From Alphaproteobacteria bacterium (GTDB taxonomy: Bacteria; Myxococcota_A; UBA796; GCA-2862545), in the NCBI GenBank assembly GCA_020632955.1, contig JACKEO010000001.1, forward strand, positions 403,348 through 467,347: a DNA stretch of 64,000 nucleotides, given 5' to 3'. The translations under genes and the position numbers were made by a program. The notes under the pieces are model-generated. The model did not search any database and was not told the DNA's origin. It saw nothing but the letters and a program-made list of their open reading frames with translations. Shown here piece after piece: positions 1-17,786 of this stretch; position 1 is the first letter of the stretch; every line of letters starts with the position of its first letter.

Positions 1-425
1 AGGGCTGGGCCGAGTACGTCGCCCTCCTGGTCGACCCGGGCAAGACCGGGTTCTCGCTCTTCGGCTTCGACGAGGACGTGGTGGTGGGCCACTGGCTGAC
101 GCAGGGGGGGCCCACGCTGGCCGCGTACCGTGAGCGGCACGAGGAGCTGAACCTGCGCTGCCAGGGGCAGGCCTACATCCTGCGGGCGTCGTGGTTCCGC
201 TACGTGGACGAGGTGCTGGGCCGCGAGGTCGTGCTGGACCTGGCGGCCGCACGCGAGGGCCTGGACCCCGACGCCGTGGAGCGCATGCTGGGGGCTCCCC
301 TGGAGGAGGTCGACGCCGACTGGGAGGCCTGGGCGAGGGCCCGGTACGACGCACACCCCGACGCCGAGGCGCAGGCAGCGGCCTACGAGGGGCGGATGGG
401 CTGGTACGAGCCCTGCCTCGACTGA
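1..425 (+). CDS. hypothetical protein, C-terminal fragment (5' end lies left of the window)
   Basis: Frame 3 is open from base 3 (GWAEYVALLVDPGKTGF...) through the listed 78..425 ORF to TGA at 423-425. Composition is balanced, unlike the shadow ORFs. No family recognised. Confidence 0.5.
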   Translation, partial: GWAEYVALLVDPGKTGFSLFGFDEDVVVGHWLTQGGPTLAAYRERHEELNLRCQGQAYILRASWFRYVDEVLGREVVLDLAAAREGLDPDAVERMLGAPLEEVDADWEAWARARYDAHPDAEAQAAAYEGRMGWYEPCLD

Positions 426-441
426 CCGCGCCGCCCTCCCC

Positions 442-9360
<8,919 letters not shown>

Positions 9361-9398
9361 ACGTCCTCCCGGGCGGGTTGTACCGCGGCGGGCCCGAC

Positions 9399-10832
9399 CT
9401 ACGGGTTCAGGTCGATCTTCGACCCCTTCACCGTGGTGCCCCCCGACGACGCGTACCCCCCACCGTACACGGCCTTGCTCACCGCCACGATGAAGTCCCC
9501 GGGGTCGTACAGCACCATGCCCGCCTCGGGCACGAAGCCCGGCGGCGGCTCGGGGCTCACCGCGCAGACCTGGACGGGGATGCCGCCCAGCGTGGCGGGC
9601 TTGTCGGGGGAGGCCAGGTCGTCGGCCGACCAGCAGAGCACGCCGGGGTCGTGGAACAGCGTGCCCACCTCGGCGATCGCCGCGCGGGCCTCGTCCTGGG
9701 TCCAGCCATGGCCGAAGCCCACCGCCGGCAGCAGCCCACCGGCCACCGCGCCCTCGGCGCTCGGGAGCACCTCGATCACCTGCCACCGCAGGTCCTTGGT
9801 GACCATGGTGGACACCAGCACCGGCTGCGGCGGCGCGCTCGCGGCGTCGAGCTTCGCGAGCTTGTCCTCCAGCTTGCGGATCACGTCGTCGATGCCGTCG
9901 ACACGCCGCTCCAGCGTGGCCACCGCGGCGCGGGTGCCCGAGAGCTCCTTGGCGGTCTGCGCGATCGCCGCCCCCTGGCCGACGAGCTGGGCGTCCACCT
10001 TGCCGAGGGCCTCCTGGAGGGCCTGGAGGGTGGCGTCGTGCGCCTCGTCGTTGGCCAGCAGCTTGCCGTACGAGATCTGGAACTCGCCCTTCGCGAACTC
10101 GAGGTCGCCCTTGTTCTGGGCGACCAGGCCCGCCAGGCGACCGATCTTCGTGCCCCAGGACGACACCTCGTCGCCGACCAGGTCGAGCTCGGACTGCAGC
10201 GCGCCGATCGCCAGGTCCTGCTCCGCGTCCTTCGCGCGCGACTTGTGGTACTCGAAGTCCACCTTGCCCTTGAGCTGGGCGAGCTCGTCCCCCAGGTCGG
10301 TGACCTCGCTGCCGAAGGTGGCGAGGTCGCCGCCGAGGATCTCGAGCGCGCTCCCGTGCGCGCCCACCTCGACGGCCAGCGAGGCCACCTCGTCCTGCAG
10401 CGCGCCGAGCTCGCGGCCCTGCCTGGCGGTCTGCTCGCCCAGCGCCTCGAGCTCGATCTTGCCGCTGATCTGCTCGAGCTTGTTCTGCTTCACCTGCGCC
10501 GTGAGCTCGACCACGGTGTCGCTCACCAGCGACAGGGAGTCGTGCAGGAACTCCAGCACCGACGCGGTGGCCTGGTCGACCGAGCCCCGCACGAAGTCCG
10601 ACACCTCGGCGGCGAGGGCCCGGATGCGCGCGGCGCCGGACTCCGCTCGACGCGCAGCCTCGGCCTCGAGACGACGCGCCTCGAGGGCGGCCTCCCGCTC
10701 GGCCCGGGCCTCCTCGATCCACGAGGCCCGCTGCACGGCGCCGTCGTCCACCTCGACGTCCTGGGCGAAGGCCGGGGAGAACCCGCACAACGCGATGGCC
10801 GGAAGGCCGATCCGACCCACGATCCCGTTCAT
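9399..10832 (-). CDS. secreted coiled-coil protein with non-repetitive C-terminal domain (hypothetical)
   Basis: The ATG at 10832 is preceded by GGAGGG. Signal peptide MNGIVGRIGLPAIALCGFSPAFA|QD. About 330 aa of Ala/Glu/Leu/Gln/Asp-rich heptad-like sequence is followed by about 130 aa of globular-looking sequence. No family recognised. Confidence 0.75.
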   Translation of the reverse strand: MNGIVGRIGLPAIALCGFSPAFAQDVEVDDGAVQRASWIEEARAEREAALEARRLEAEAARRAESGAARIRALAAEVSDFVRGSVDQATASVLEFLHDSLSLVSDTVVELTAQVKQNKLEQISGKIELEALGEQTARQGRELGALQDEVASLAVEVGAHGSALEILGGDLATFGSEVTDLGDELAQLKGKVDFEYHKSRAKDAEQDLAIGALQSELDLVGDEVSSWGTKIGRLAGLVAQNKGDLEFAKGEFQISYGKLLANDEAHDATLQALQEALGKVDAQLVGQGAAIAQTAKELSGTRAAVATLERRVDGIDDVIRKLEDKLAKLDAASAPPQPVLVSTMVTKDLRWQVIEVLPSAEGAVAGGLLPAVGFGHGWTQDEARAAIAEVGTLFHDPGVLCWSADDLASPDKPATLGGIPVQVCAVSPEPPPGFVPEAGMVLYDPGDFIVAVSKAVYGGGYASSGGTTVKGSKIDLNP

Positions 10833-10946
10833 GATCCCTCCACGGGGTCGGCCACGCGACGCACGCCGCGCACCACCCACCTCTCGGCCCGGCCCCTGTA
10901 CTCCGCCCCATGGGGATCGCGAAGGCGCGCGGGCTATGGGCGCAAC

Positions 10947-12386
10947 ATGCCGGAAACCCCTGCGACCGCCTACGATGCGGTGCCCTACACCTCGCACGCC
11001 TACGAGCGCACCCAGCCCACCCGGCTCGCCGCCATGGCGCGCCTGTTCGGCGTCGAGGCGCCGGATCCGCGCACGGCCCGCGTGCTCGAGATCGGGTGTG
11101 GCCGCGGCGGCAACGTCGTCCCGATGGCCTCGGCCTCCCCCGAGGCGCGATTCGTCGGGCTCGACCTGTCGCGCGTGCAGGTGGACGAGGCGCAGGCGCT
11201 GGCCCGGCGCCTCGGGCTCACGAACCTCGACCTGCGCCACGCCGACATCCTCGACGTGGACGACGCCTGGGGCTCCTTCGACTACGTCATCGCCCACGGC
11301 ATCTGGTCGTGGGTGCCCGAGGCGGTGCGCGCCGCGATCCTCCAGCTCGTCCGCGACCGCCTCACGCCGCACGGCGTCGCCTACGTCAGCTACAACGTGC
11401 TCCCCGGCTGGCGCATGCGGGGCATGGTGGCCGACCTCATGCGCTACCACACCCGGCGCCTCACGGATCCGGCGGCGCGGGTGCACCACGCGCGCACCGT
11501 GCTGGAGTTCCTGGCGAAGGTGCGCGGCCCCGAGGTCCACACGCCCTACACCGACGCGCTGCACGAGGAGTCGTCCACCCTGGCCGGCCTCCCCGACGCC
11601 TACCTGCTCCACGACCACCTGGGCGAGGTCAACCACGCCGTCTACGTCCACGACTTCGTGCAGCAGGCCCAGGAGCACGGCCTCGCCTTCCTCTCGGAGG
11701 CCTCGCTGTCCGACATGATGCCGTCGGGCCTCGGCGCCGAGGCCACGGCCTTCCTGCAGCGCATCCCCGACCAGGTCGAGCGCGAGCAGTACCTCGACTT
11801 CCTCGTGAACCGCGCCTTCCGCGCCACGCTGCTGGTGCACGGCGAACGCACGATCTCCCGCAGGCTGGGGCCCACCTCCCTCGGGGGCCTCCACCTGCAG
11901 TGCGCCGGCACCTTCACCACCGAGGGTCCCCTGGCCGACCCCACGGTGGCAGGCACCCTGGAGCTGGCCGGCCGCACCTCTCGGACCTCCGCGCCCATCG
12001 CCAAGGCGGCGATGCACCACCTCTGCGCACGGTGGCCCGCCTCGGTGCCGTTCGAGGAGCTGGTCGACGTCGCGCGCGCCGAGGTGGGCAGCACGCGCCC
12101 CGTGGCCGACGACCGCGCCGACGTGGGCGGCGTGCTCCTCCAGGGCGTCCTGCACAGGCTGTTCCTGCTGCGCGCCGACCCCTCGCCGGCAGTGGCCGAC
12201 ACAGTGCCCGGCCGCCTGTTCCCTCCCGCCCGCCTGCAGATCGAGGACGGCGCCGACCTGGTGGTGAGCGCGCTCCACACCCACGTCCGCGTCGACCCCG
12301 ACGACGCCCGCACCCTGCTCGACCTCGACCGCATCTCGCCCGCAGCCCGGGCTCGCGTGGCGCGGATGGGGCTGCTGGTGGCGTAG
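10947..12386 (+). CDS. class I SAM-dependent methyltransferase with C-terminal methyltransferase regulatory domain
   Basis: ATG 10947 lies in the frame of ORF 9276..12386. SAM motif I is VLEIGCGRGGN. HGIWSWVPE and YVSYNVLPGW match the pattern I remember for the methyltransferase-regulatory-domain family. There is a long C-terminal extension. Confidence 0.85.
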   Translation: MPETPATAYDAVPYTSHAYERTQPTRLAAMARLFGVEAPDPRTARVLEIGCGRGGNVVPMASASPEARFVGLDLSRVQVDEAQALARRLGLTNLDLRHADILDVDDAWGSFDYVIAHGIWSWVPEAVRAAILQLVRDRLTPHGVAYVSYNVLPGWRMRGMVADLMRYHTRRLTDPAARVHHARTVLEFLAKVRGPEVHTPYTDALHEESSTLAGLPDAYLLHDHLGEVNHAVYVHDFVQQAQEHGLAFLSEASLSDMMPSGLGAEATAFLQRIPDQVEREQYLDFLVNRAFRATLLVHGERTISRRLGPTSLGGLHLQCAGTFTTEGPLADPTVAGTLELAGRTSRTSAPIAKAAMHHLCARWPASVPFEELVDVARAEVGSTRPVADDRADVGGVLLQGVLHRLFLLRADPSPAVADTVPGRLFPPARLQIEDGADLVVSALHTHVRVDPDDARTLLDLDRISPAARARVARMGLLVA

Positions 12387-12418
12387 ACACGCCGACGCGC
12401 CAGACCTCATCCACCACA

Positions 12419-12445
12419 CGAAACTAAACCATCGGTTAAGTTTCG
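12419..12445 (+). promoter_or_regulatory. imperfect inverted repeat in an A/T-richer leader directly upstream of abiEi (candidate operator/promoter)
   Basis: The sequence is CGAAACTAAACCATCGGTTAAGTTTCG. The outer arms CGAAACT / AGTTTCG are complementary. It ends 4 nt before the ATG at 12449 and sits in the only A/T-rich stretch of this intergenic region. AbiEi antitoxins are known to autoregulate through promoter inverted repeats. Confidence 0.35.
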
Positions 12446-12448
12446 CGC

Positions 12449-13015
12449 ATGACCCTCTCCGCCCCATCCTGGACCGCGCTGTACCAGACGGCCGACCTGC
12501 AGGCTGGCCACGTCACCACCCGCCAGGCCGCCGACGCGGGCTATTCGCCGCAGCTGATCCACAAGCACCTCGCGTCAGGTCGGCTCGTGCGCGTCCACCG
12601 CGGCATCTACCGCCTGGTCCACTACCCTTCGTCCGATCTCGAGGACCTCGTGGTCCACTGGCTCTGGAGCGGCCACGAGGGGGTGCTGAGCCACGAGACG
12701 GCGCTGTTCCTGCACGAGCTGTCCGACGTGCTCCCTGACACCGTCACCATGACGGTCCCCACGTCCTGGCGCCGACGTCGCCTCTCGGTCCCCGAGGGGC
12801 TTCGCCTTGAGTACGCCGACCTCGACGGGGTCGACCGCGCATGGCACGGACCGATCCCGGTCACCACGCCGCTGCGCACGCTCGTCGATGTCCACGCTGC
12901 CTCGATCTCCCCCGAGCACGTCGAGCGCGCGGCTGCCGACGGCGTCGCACGCGGACTGTTCACCGAAGGCGAGGTCGGCGCCATCCTCGCCGCCGACCAT
13001 GGGGCGCCGCGATGA
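12449..13015 (+). CDS. type IV toxin-antitoxin system AbiEi-family antitoxin
   Basis: The N-terminal wHTH pattern GHVTTRQAADAGYSPQLIHKHLASGRLVRVHRGIYRL is characteristic of the AbiEi N-domain. The stop overlaps the start of the downstream AbiEii gene (ATGA at 13012-13015). Confidence 0.8.
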   Translation: MTLSAPSWTALYQTADLQAGHVTTRQAADAGYSPQLIHKHLASGRLVRVHRGIYRLVHYPSSDLEDLVVHWLWSGHEGVLSHETALFLHELSDVLPDTVTMTVPTSWRRRRLSVPEGLRLEYADLDGVDRAWHGPIPVTTPLRTLVDVHAASISPEHVERAAADGVARGLFTEGEVGAILAADHGAPR

Positions 13016-13938
13016 GCAGGTACGCGCGTCCCCAGGCCTTCCGTGCAGCACTCGAGGAACGAATCCGGTCGCACACCCGCGTCACCGGTCGCAGCCACAA
13101 CCGGTTCCGACTGCGCCTCGTGATGGACAGGTTCGCCGCACGGGTGGTCCAGGTGTTCGGCGACCACGTCGTGCTCAAGGGGGGCATGGTTCTCGAGCTT
13201 CGCCTGCAGGGGGCTCGATCCACCCGCGACCTCGATCTCCACCTGACAGCACCGTCCGCCGAGACGCTCGCGCACCTCCAGGAGGCCGGACGCAGGGACC
13301 TCGGGGACCACCTGACCTTCGAGGTGGTCCCCGACCCGCGCCACCCCACGATCGACGCGGAGGGAATGCGGTACGAGGGACTCCGCTTCCGGGTGCAGGC
13401 GAGACTCGGGGGCCTTCGCTACAGCGACCCGTTCGGCGTCGATGCCGCCTTCGCAGAGCCGATGACGGGCGATCCCGACGAGATCCGCGGGTCGGACTTC
13501 CTCGGCTTCGCCGGCATCGACGCGCCATCCCTGCGCGTGTACCCGGTCGAGACCCACATCGCGGAGAAGCTCCACGCCTACACGATGCCGCGCTCCCGAC
13601 CGAACTCCCGAGTCAAGGACCTCCCCGACATCGCACTGCTGGCACGAGCCCGCGCACTCGACGCGAGCGAGCTGCGCTACGCGCTCCGCCAGACGTTCGA
13701 CCACCGAGGGATCCACCCGGTGCCTTCCCAGGTCCCCCCACCGGCGGAGGCGTGGCGCGTCCCGTACCGCCGCATGGCCGAGCAGGACCGGCTCCCCTGG
13801 TCCGACCTGGACGCCGTGCATCAGGCCGTCGCCAGCTTCCTGGACCCCGTGCTCGGCGGGGGGCGGGGGCGATGGACCGTCGAGACCTGGTCCTGGGACG
13901 ACGAAGGAGACCGCGCGCGCCACGATGGCACGGCCTAG
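13012..13938 (+). CDS. AbiEii/AbiGii-family nucleotidyltransferase toxin
   Basis: ATG 13012 lies in the frame of ORF 12841..13938. The NTase motif is LKGGMVLELRLQGARSTRDLDLHL (hGG...R.T.DhD). Size is about 308 aa. It is translationally coupled to AbiEi. Confidence 0.85.
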   Translation: MSRYARPQAFRAALEERIRSHTRVTGRSHNRFRLRLVMDRFAARVVQVFGDHVVLKGGMVLELRLQGARSTRDLDLHLTAPSAETLAHLQEAGRRDLGDHLTFEVVPDPRHPTIDAEGMRYEGLRFRVQARLGGLRYSDPFGVDAAFAEPMTGDPDEIRGSDFLGFAGIDAPSLRVYPVETHIAEKLHAYTMPRSRPNSRVKDLPDIALLARARALDASELRYALRQTFDHRGIHPVPSQVPPPAEAWRVPYRRMAEQDRLPWSDLDAVHQAVASFLDPVLGGGRGRWTVETWSWDDEGDRARHDGTA

Positions 13939-14006
13939 GAAGGCGAAGCCCGACCACCCCGCCGTCCAGTCCACATCCGCTCCCCCACTCCACCCCGGAC
14001 CTCCCC

Positions 14007-15422
14007 ATGCCCCCCGACGACTGGTCCCGCCGCGACGTCCACCGCGCGCTGCTCGGCACCCTGGTCGCCGGGTGCGCCCCCCGGGGCAGCGCCACCGGCG
14101 ACACCGACGTCCTCACCGACACCGACGGCCCCGCCGCCTCCGGCCGCCCCCGGGCCGTGATCCTCATCACCGCCGACGACCTGGGCTGGAAGGACGTGGG
14201 CGCCTACGGCCTCGACCTCGTGGCCACCCCGGCGCTCGACCGCCTCGTCGCCGAGGGCGCCACCTTCGACAGGGCCTTCGACGTCACGTCCACCTGCAGC
14301 TCCAGCCGCGCCACCTACGCCACCGGCCAGTACCCCCACACCCACGGCGTCACCGGCCTCGTCCACCGCCACCCCGAGCTGTCGCTGCCCTCCTCGCGTC
14401 CCCACCTCGCCCGCAGCTTCCAGGACGCCGGCTGGGCCACGGCCCTGCAGGGCAAGTGGCACCTGTCGCAGACCGAGCAGCCCCAGGCCTTCGGCTACGA
14501 CGAGCACCTCCCCACCGAGGTCGACCAGCTCATCCGCACCTCCGACGCCGCGCGGGCCTTCCTCGAGCAGCACCGCGACGGCGGCTTCTTCCTCGAGCTG
14601 AACTTCATGCAGACCCACCGCATCCCGCTGGTGGAGACGCTGCCGCAGGAGCCCGGCTTCGAGGTGGACGAAGGCATCGCCTCGCCCCCGGCGTGGTGGG
14701 GCCTGCCCGACCTGCCCGCCGTGCGCACCGAGGTGGCCGGGTACATGAGTCGCCTGGCCTGGATGGACGCCCTCATCGGCGAGGTGCTCGACGCGCTCGA
14801 CGACCTCGGCCTCGCCGACGACACCCTCGTCGCCTTCGTCTCCGACAACGGCCCGCCCTTCGCGGGGCTGAAGCTCACGCTCTACGACCGGGGCACGGGC
14901 ACGCCGCTGATGTTCCGCTGGCCCGCCGGCCTCACGCCCCAGCGCACCGACGCCCTCTGGAGCTCGGTGGACCTCGCCCCCACCCTCCTCGACCTGGCCG
15001 GCCTGCCCCCGCTGGAGGGTGCCCAGGGCCGGTCGTGGCGGCCCTTCCTCGAGGAGGGCGGCCCGTTCGCGCTGCCCGAGGCGATCTTCTCCGAGATGGA
15101 GCAGCACGGCGGTCCCCTCCCCGCCCGGGCGGTGCGCACCGCCACCCACAAGTACGTGGTGAACCTGTCCGACAAGCCCTGGGGAGGCGCGGGCCAGGGC
15201 TGGAAGGACGAGGTGATGGACCTGCCCGGCCAGACCTGGGACGAGCCCCGACCGCGCGAGGAGCTCTACGACCTCACGGCCGACCCGCTGGAGCGCACCA
15301 ACCTCGTGGACGATCCGGGGAGCTCCGCCGTGCTGGCCGACCTGCGGGCGCGGCTGGCGGCGCACCTGGCGGCCAGCGAGGACCCGCGGGCGGGTGACGT
15401 GGCGGCCCGGCAGGCGGGGTGA
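14007..15422 (+). CDS. sulfatase-family lipoprotein (arylsulfatase-like) with twin-arginine-like leader
   Basis: ATG 14007 lies in the frame of ORF 12807..15422. The leader SRRDVHRALLGTLVAGC is an RR motif plus lipobox. Family motifs include ILITADDLGW, TSTCSSSRATYATGQYPHTHG (sulfatase signature position), GKWHL and FVSDNGP. Confidence 0.85.
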   Translation: MPPDDWSRRDVHRALLGTLVAGCAPRGSATGDTDVLTDTDGPAASGRPRAVILITADDLGWKDVGAYGLDLVATPALDRLVAEGATFDRAFDVTSTCSSSRATYATGQYPHTHGVTGLVHRHPELSLPSSRPHLARSFQDAGWATALQGKWHLSQTEQPQAFGYDEHLPTEVDQLIRTSDAARAFLEQHRDGGFFLELNFMQTHRIPLVETLPQEPGFEVDEGIASPPAWWGLPDLPAVRTEVAGYMSRLAWMDALIGEVLDALDDLGLADDTLVAFVSDNGPPFAGLKLTLYDRGTGTPLMFRWPAGLTPQRTDALWSSVDLAPTLLDLAGLPPLEGAQGRSWRPFLEEGGPFALPEAIFSEMEQHGGPLPARAVRTATHKYVVNLSDKPWGGAGQGWKDEVMDLPGQTWDEPRPREELYDLTADPLERTNLVDDPGSSAVLADLRARLAAHLAASEDPRAGDVAARQAG

Positions 15423-15430
15423 GCTGCGTT

Positions 15431-15452
15431 CGCGCGGCACCTCGACCGCGCG
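15431..15452. terminator. GC hairpin between convergent genes (possible bidirectional terminator)
   Basis: CGCGCGG-cacctcga-CCGCGCG lies between the sulfatase stop (15422) and the methyltransferase stop (15457). There is no U-tract. Confidence 0.25.
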
Positions 15453-15456
15453 CGCC

Positions 15457-16050
15457 TCACGCCGCGGCCTTCCTGCCGTGGAGGGTGTAGGCCCAGCGCC
15501 ACCCCAGCGGCGCGGACGGCACGAAGCCGTGGGCGCGCAGCTTGTCGGCCACCGCCTCCGCCGACTCGAAGTCCGGGTCGGGGTGGTGCTCGGTGATCGC
15601 GATCACGCCGTCGTCCTTCAGCACCCGGTGGGCTTCCTCGAGGAAGGCCGCCTGGTCCGCGATCTCGCCGAAGACCGTCACGAGGAAGACGGCGTCGAGA
15701 CAGGCATCGTCGAACGGGAGCGCGGTGCCTGCCGCCACCTGCAGGCGGGCGTTGTCGATGCCCGCCGCCTCCAGCCGACGGGCGCACTTCGCGAGCATCT
15801 CGGGCTGCAGGTCGAGCAGGGTCAACGTGCCCTGCGGCACCTTCCTGGCGGCGGCCACGCTGTAGTGCCCCGAGCCCGGACCGACCTCGAGCACGTGCGC
15901 GTCCGGCCCCACCGGCAGCCGCTCGGCGACCGTGCTCGGCGGCATGATCCATCCCCGACCGGGCAGGTCGAGGATCCAGCTCATCTCGTGGGGGAAGACC
16001 CCCACCCCGAAGGCGCGACGCAGGATGCCGACGTGGCGGGAGAGGTCCAT
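15457..16050 (-). CDS. class I SAM-dependent methyltransferase (small, about 197 aa)
   Basis: The ATG at 16050 is preceded by CAGGAG. Motif I is VLEVGPGSGHY. The post-I acidic residue is in LLDLQPEM, and FDDACLDAVFLVTVFGEI follows. Confidence 0.8.
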   Translation of the reverse strand: MDLSRHVGILRRAFGVGVFPHEMSWILDLPGRGWIMPPSTVAERLPVGPDAHVLEVGPGSGHYSVAAARKVPQGTLTLLDLQPEMLAKCARRLEAAGIDNARLQVAAGTALPFDDACLDAVFLVTVFGEIADQAAFLEEAHRVLKDDGVIAITEHHPDPDFESAEAVADKLRAHGFVPSAPLGWRWAYTLHGRKAAA

Positions 16051-16088
16051 GGCGCGCTCCTGGGGGCCCCCGGAAGGCCGCGTCGGCT

Positions 16089-17747
16089 TCACCGCTCCAG
16101 CCACCACACCAGGGACTCGTAGCCCCCCTGGTAGGGCGTGGCCGTGCCCTCCACGGCGCCGCCGGGGCCGCGCACCGTGGCCACGTCGCCGATCGACCCG
16201 CGCACCAGGATGCGGCCGTCCGGAGACTCGCTCGCCGACAGGTCGAAGACCTCCTCGGTGGGCGTGGTGACCGTGCGCACCCACTCCAGCGCGCCGTCGT
16301 CGGGCCGGTGGCGCGCGAGGACGCCGATCGACCGCGCGGCGTCTCCCGCCACGGTGACCGCGACGCTGCCGTCCCGATCGAGGATCGACGTGCCGTACTG
16401 CCAGGAGCTGCCTGCGTAGAAGGCGCCGTCCGGCCCGAAGGACGGGTACGACAGCAGGATCTCCTGGTCGGAGGCGTGCGGCCTCACCCACATCAGGTCG
16501 CCGTCGAACGACCACACCGACGCCCAGCTCATCTCGCCCTCGTTGGGCATGGGCGTGGCGGCGATCACGGTCTCGTGGGCGCCACCGAGGTCCCAGGTGG
16601 TGGGGGTGTTCGGGCCGAAGGTGAGGAAGCCCACGCGCCCGGGCCCCTTCGCGAGGGCCCCCACCGACGTCCAGCGGTCGGTGGTGACCTCACGCGCCCA
16701 CGTGAGGCTGCCGTCGGCGGCGAAGCGGGCCAGGAGCGTGCCCCAGGTGGCAGCGGTGGCGGTGGCGGCGTCGCCCGGCGAGGCCTCCATCCCGTCGGCG
16801 GCGTTGAACAGCGCGATGCACGAGCCGTCCTCGAGGGCGGCCACGCCGTACAGGCCACGGATGGGCGAGTTCCCGCTCGCGATCGCGAAGGTGAGCGTGC
16901 GCGTCAGCGCGCCGTCGCGGTCCACCCAGCCCAGCCAGGAGCCGTTCGACACCGCGGGCAGCGTCTGGGTGCCCCCGGGGCCCGTGAGCACCGCGTCGTC
17001 GACGTAGTAGGCGCCCACGCAGCCCGACCCGTCCGCACGCAGGTCGGCCACGGGCGAGCCCTCGAAGGTGCTGGTGCTGTCCTGCACCAGGGCCCACAGG
17101 GGCTTCAGGTCGGCATCCAGGGCGATGATCGCGCCGGCGCGCCCGTCGCTGGTGGCGTCGATCACCAGCTCGTCCTTGCCGCCCGGCGCCACGACGAGGC
17201 GGTCGTCGTTGAACCAGGTGGTGAGCAGCAGGCGGTCGCCGTTCCCGGCCAGGGTGGTGGTGTAGCCGCGCGCACCGAAGTCGATCACGAGCTCGCCGAC
17301 CACCGCACCCTTGGCGTCGAGCTTGAGCACGTGGCCGCCGTAGCCGCTGGTGGGCGTGGTGAAGACCCCGCTCGTGAGGCCCAGATCGGCGTTGCGGTGG
17401 GTGCCGGCCACGAAGGCCGTCTCGCCCAGGAACACCGCGTTGCCCGGGCCCGAGGCGATCGTGTCCGGCACCGTGGACACCGACGTGGTGCGGGTGTTCG
17501 TGGGCGGCTGGTAGACGCAGTCCTCGCCCACGGCCTGGTGGTAGGGCAGGCACGCGGGGCCCACGTCGGTGTCGGGGTCGGTGTCGACCGCCGTCTCCGT
17601 GTCGTCCCCGCGCGCGGTGTCGTCGTCCGACGTGCCGTCGGTGTCCCCGTCGGTGTCGTCGGGGCCGTCCTTGGCCTCGTCCACCCCCGTGGCGCGGCTG
17701 CAGGCGACGGCGAACAGGATGGGCCAGAGCAGTCGGGACATCGGCAC
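16089..17747 (-). CDS. lipoprotein, probable beta-propeller/beta-rich fold (hypothetical)
   Basis: MPMSRLLWPILFAVAC is a signal peptide plus lipobox. An acidic D/T/G-rich tether follows (DGPDDTDGDTDGTSDDDTARGDDTETAVDTDPDTD), then about 450 aa of Gly/Asp/Thr/Val-rich beta-like sequence. Confidence 0.75.
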   Translation of the reverse strand: MPMSRLLWPILFAVACSRATGVDEAKDGPDDTDGDTDGTSDDDTARGDDTETAVDTDPDTDVGPACLPYHQAVGEDCVYQPPTNTRTTSVSTVPDTIASGPGNAVFLGETAFVAGTHRNADLGLTSGVFTTPTSGYGGHVLKLDAKGAVVGELVIDFGARGYTTTLAGNGDRLLLTTWFNDDRLVVAPGGKDELVIDATSDGRAGAIIALDADLKPLWALVQDSTSTFEGSPVADLRADGSGCVGAYYVDDAVLTGPGGTQTLPAVSNGSWLGWVDRDGALTRTLTFAIASGNSPIRGLYGVAALEDGSCIALFNAADGMEASPGDAATATAATWGTLLARFAADGSLTWAREVTTDRWTSVGALAKGPGRVGFLTFGPNTPTTWDLGGAHETVIAATPMPNEGEMSWASVWSFDGDLMWVRPHASDQEILLSYPSFGPDGAFYAGSSWQYGTSILDRDGSVAVTVAGDAARSIGVLARHRPDDGALEWVRTVTTPTEEVFDLSASESPDGRILVRGSIGDVATVRGPGGAVEGTATPYQGGYESLVWWLER

Positions 17748-17786
17748 CTCGTGCCCCCCTACCGTCGCGTTCGCCCCACGGCCCCC

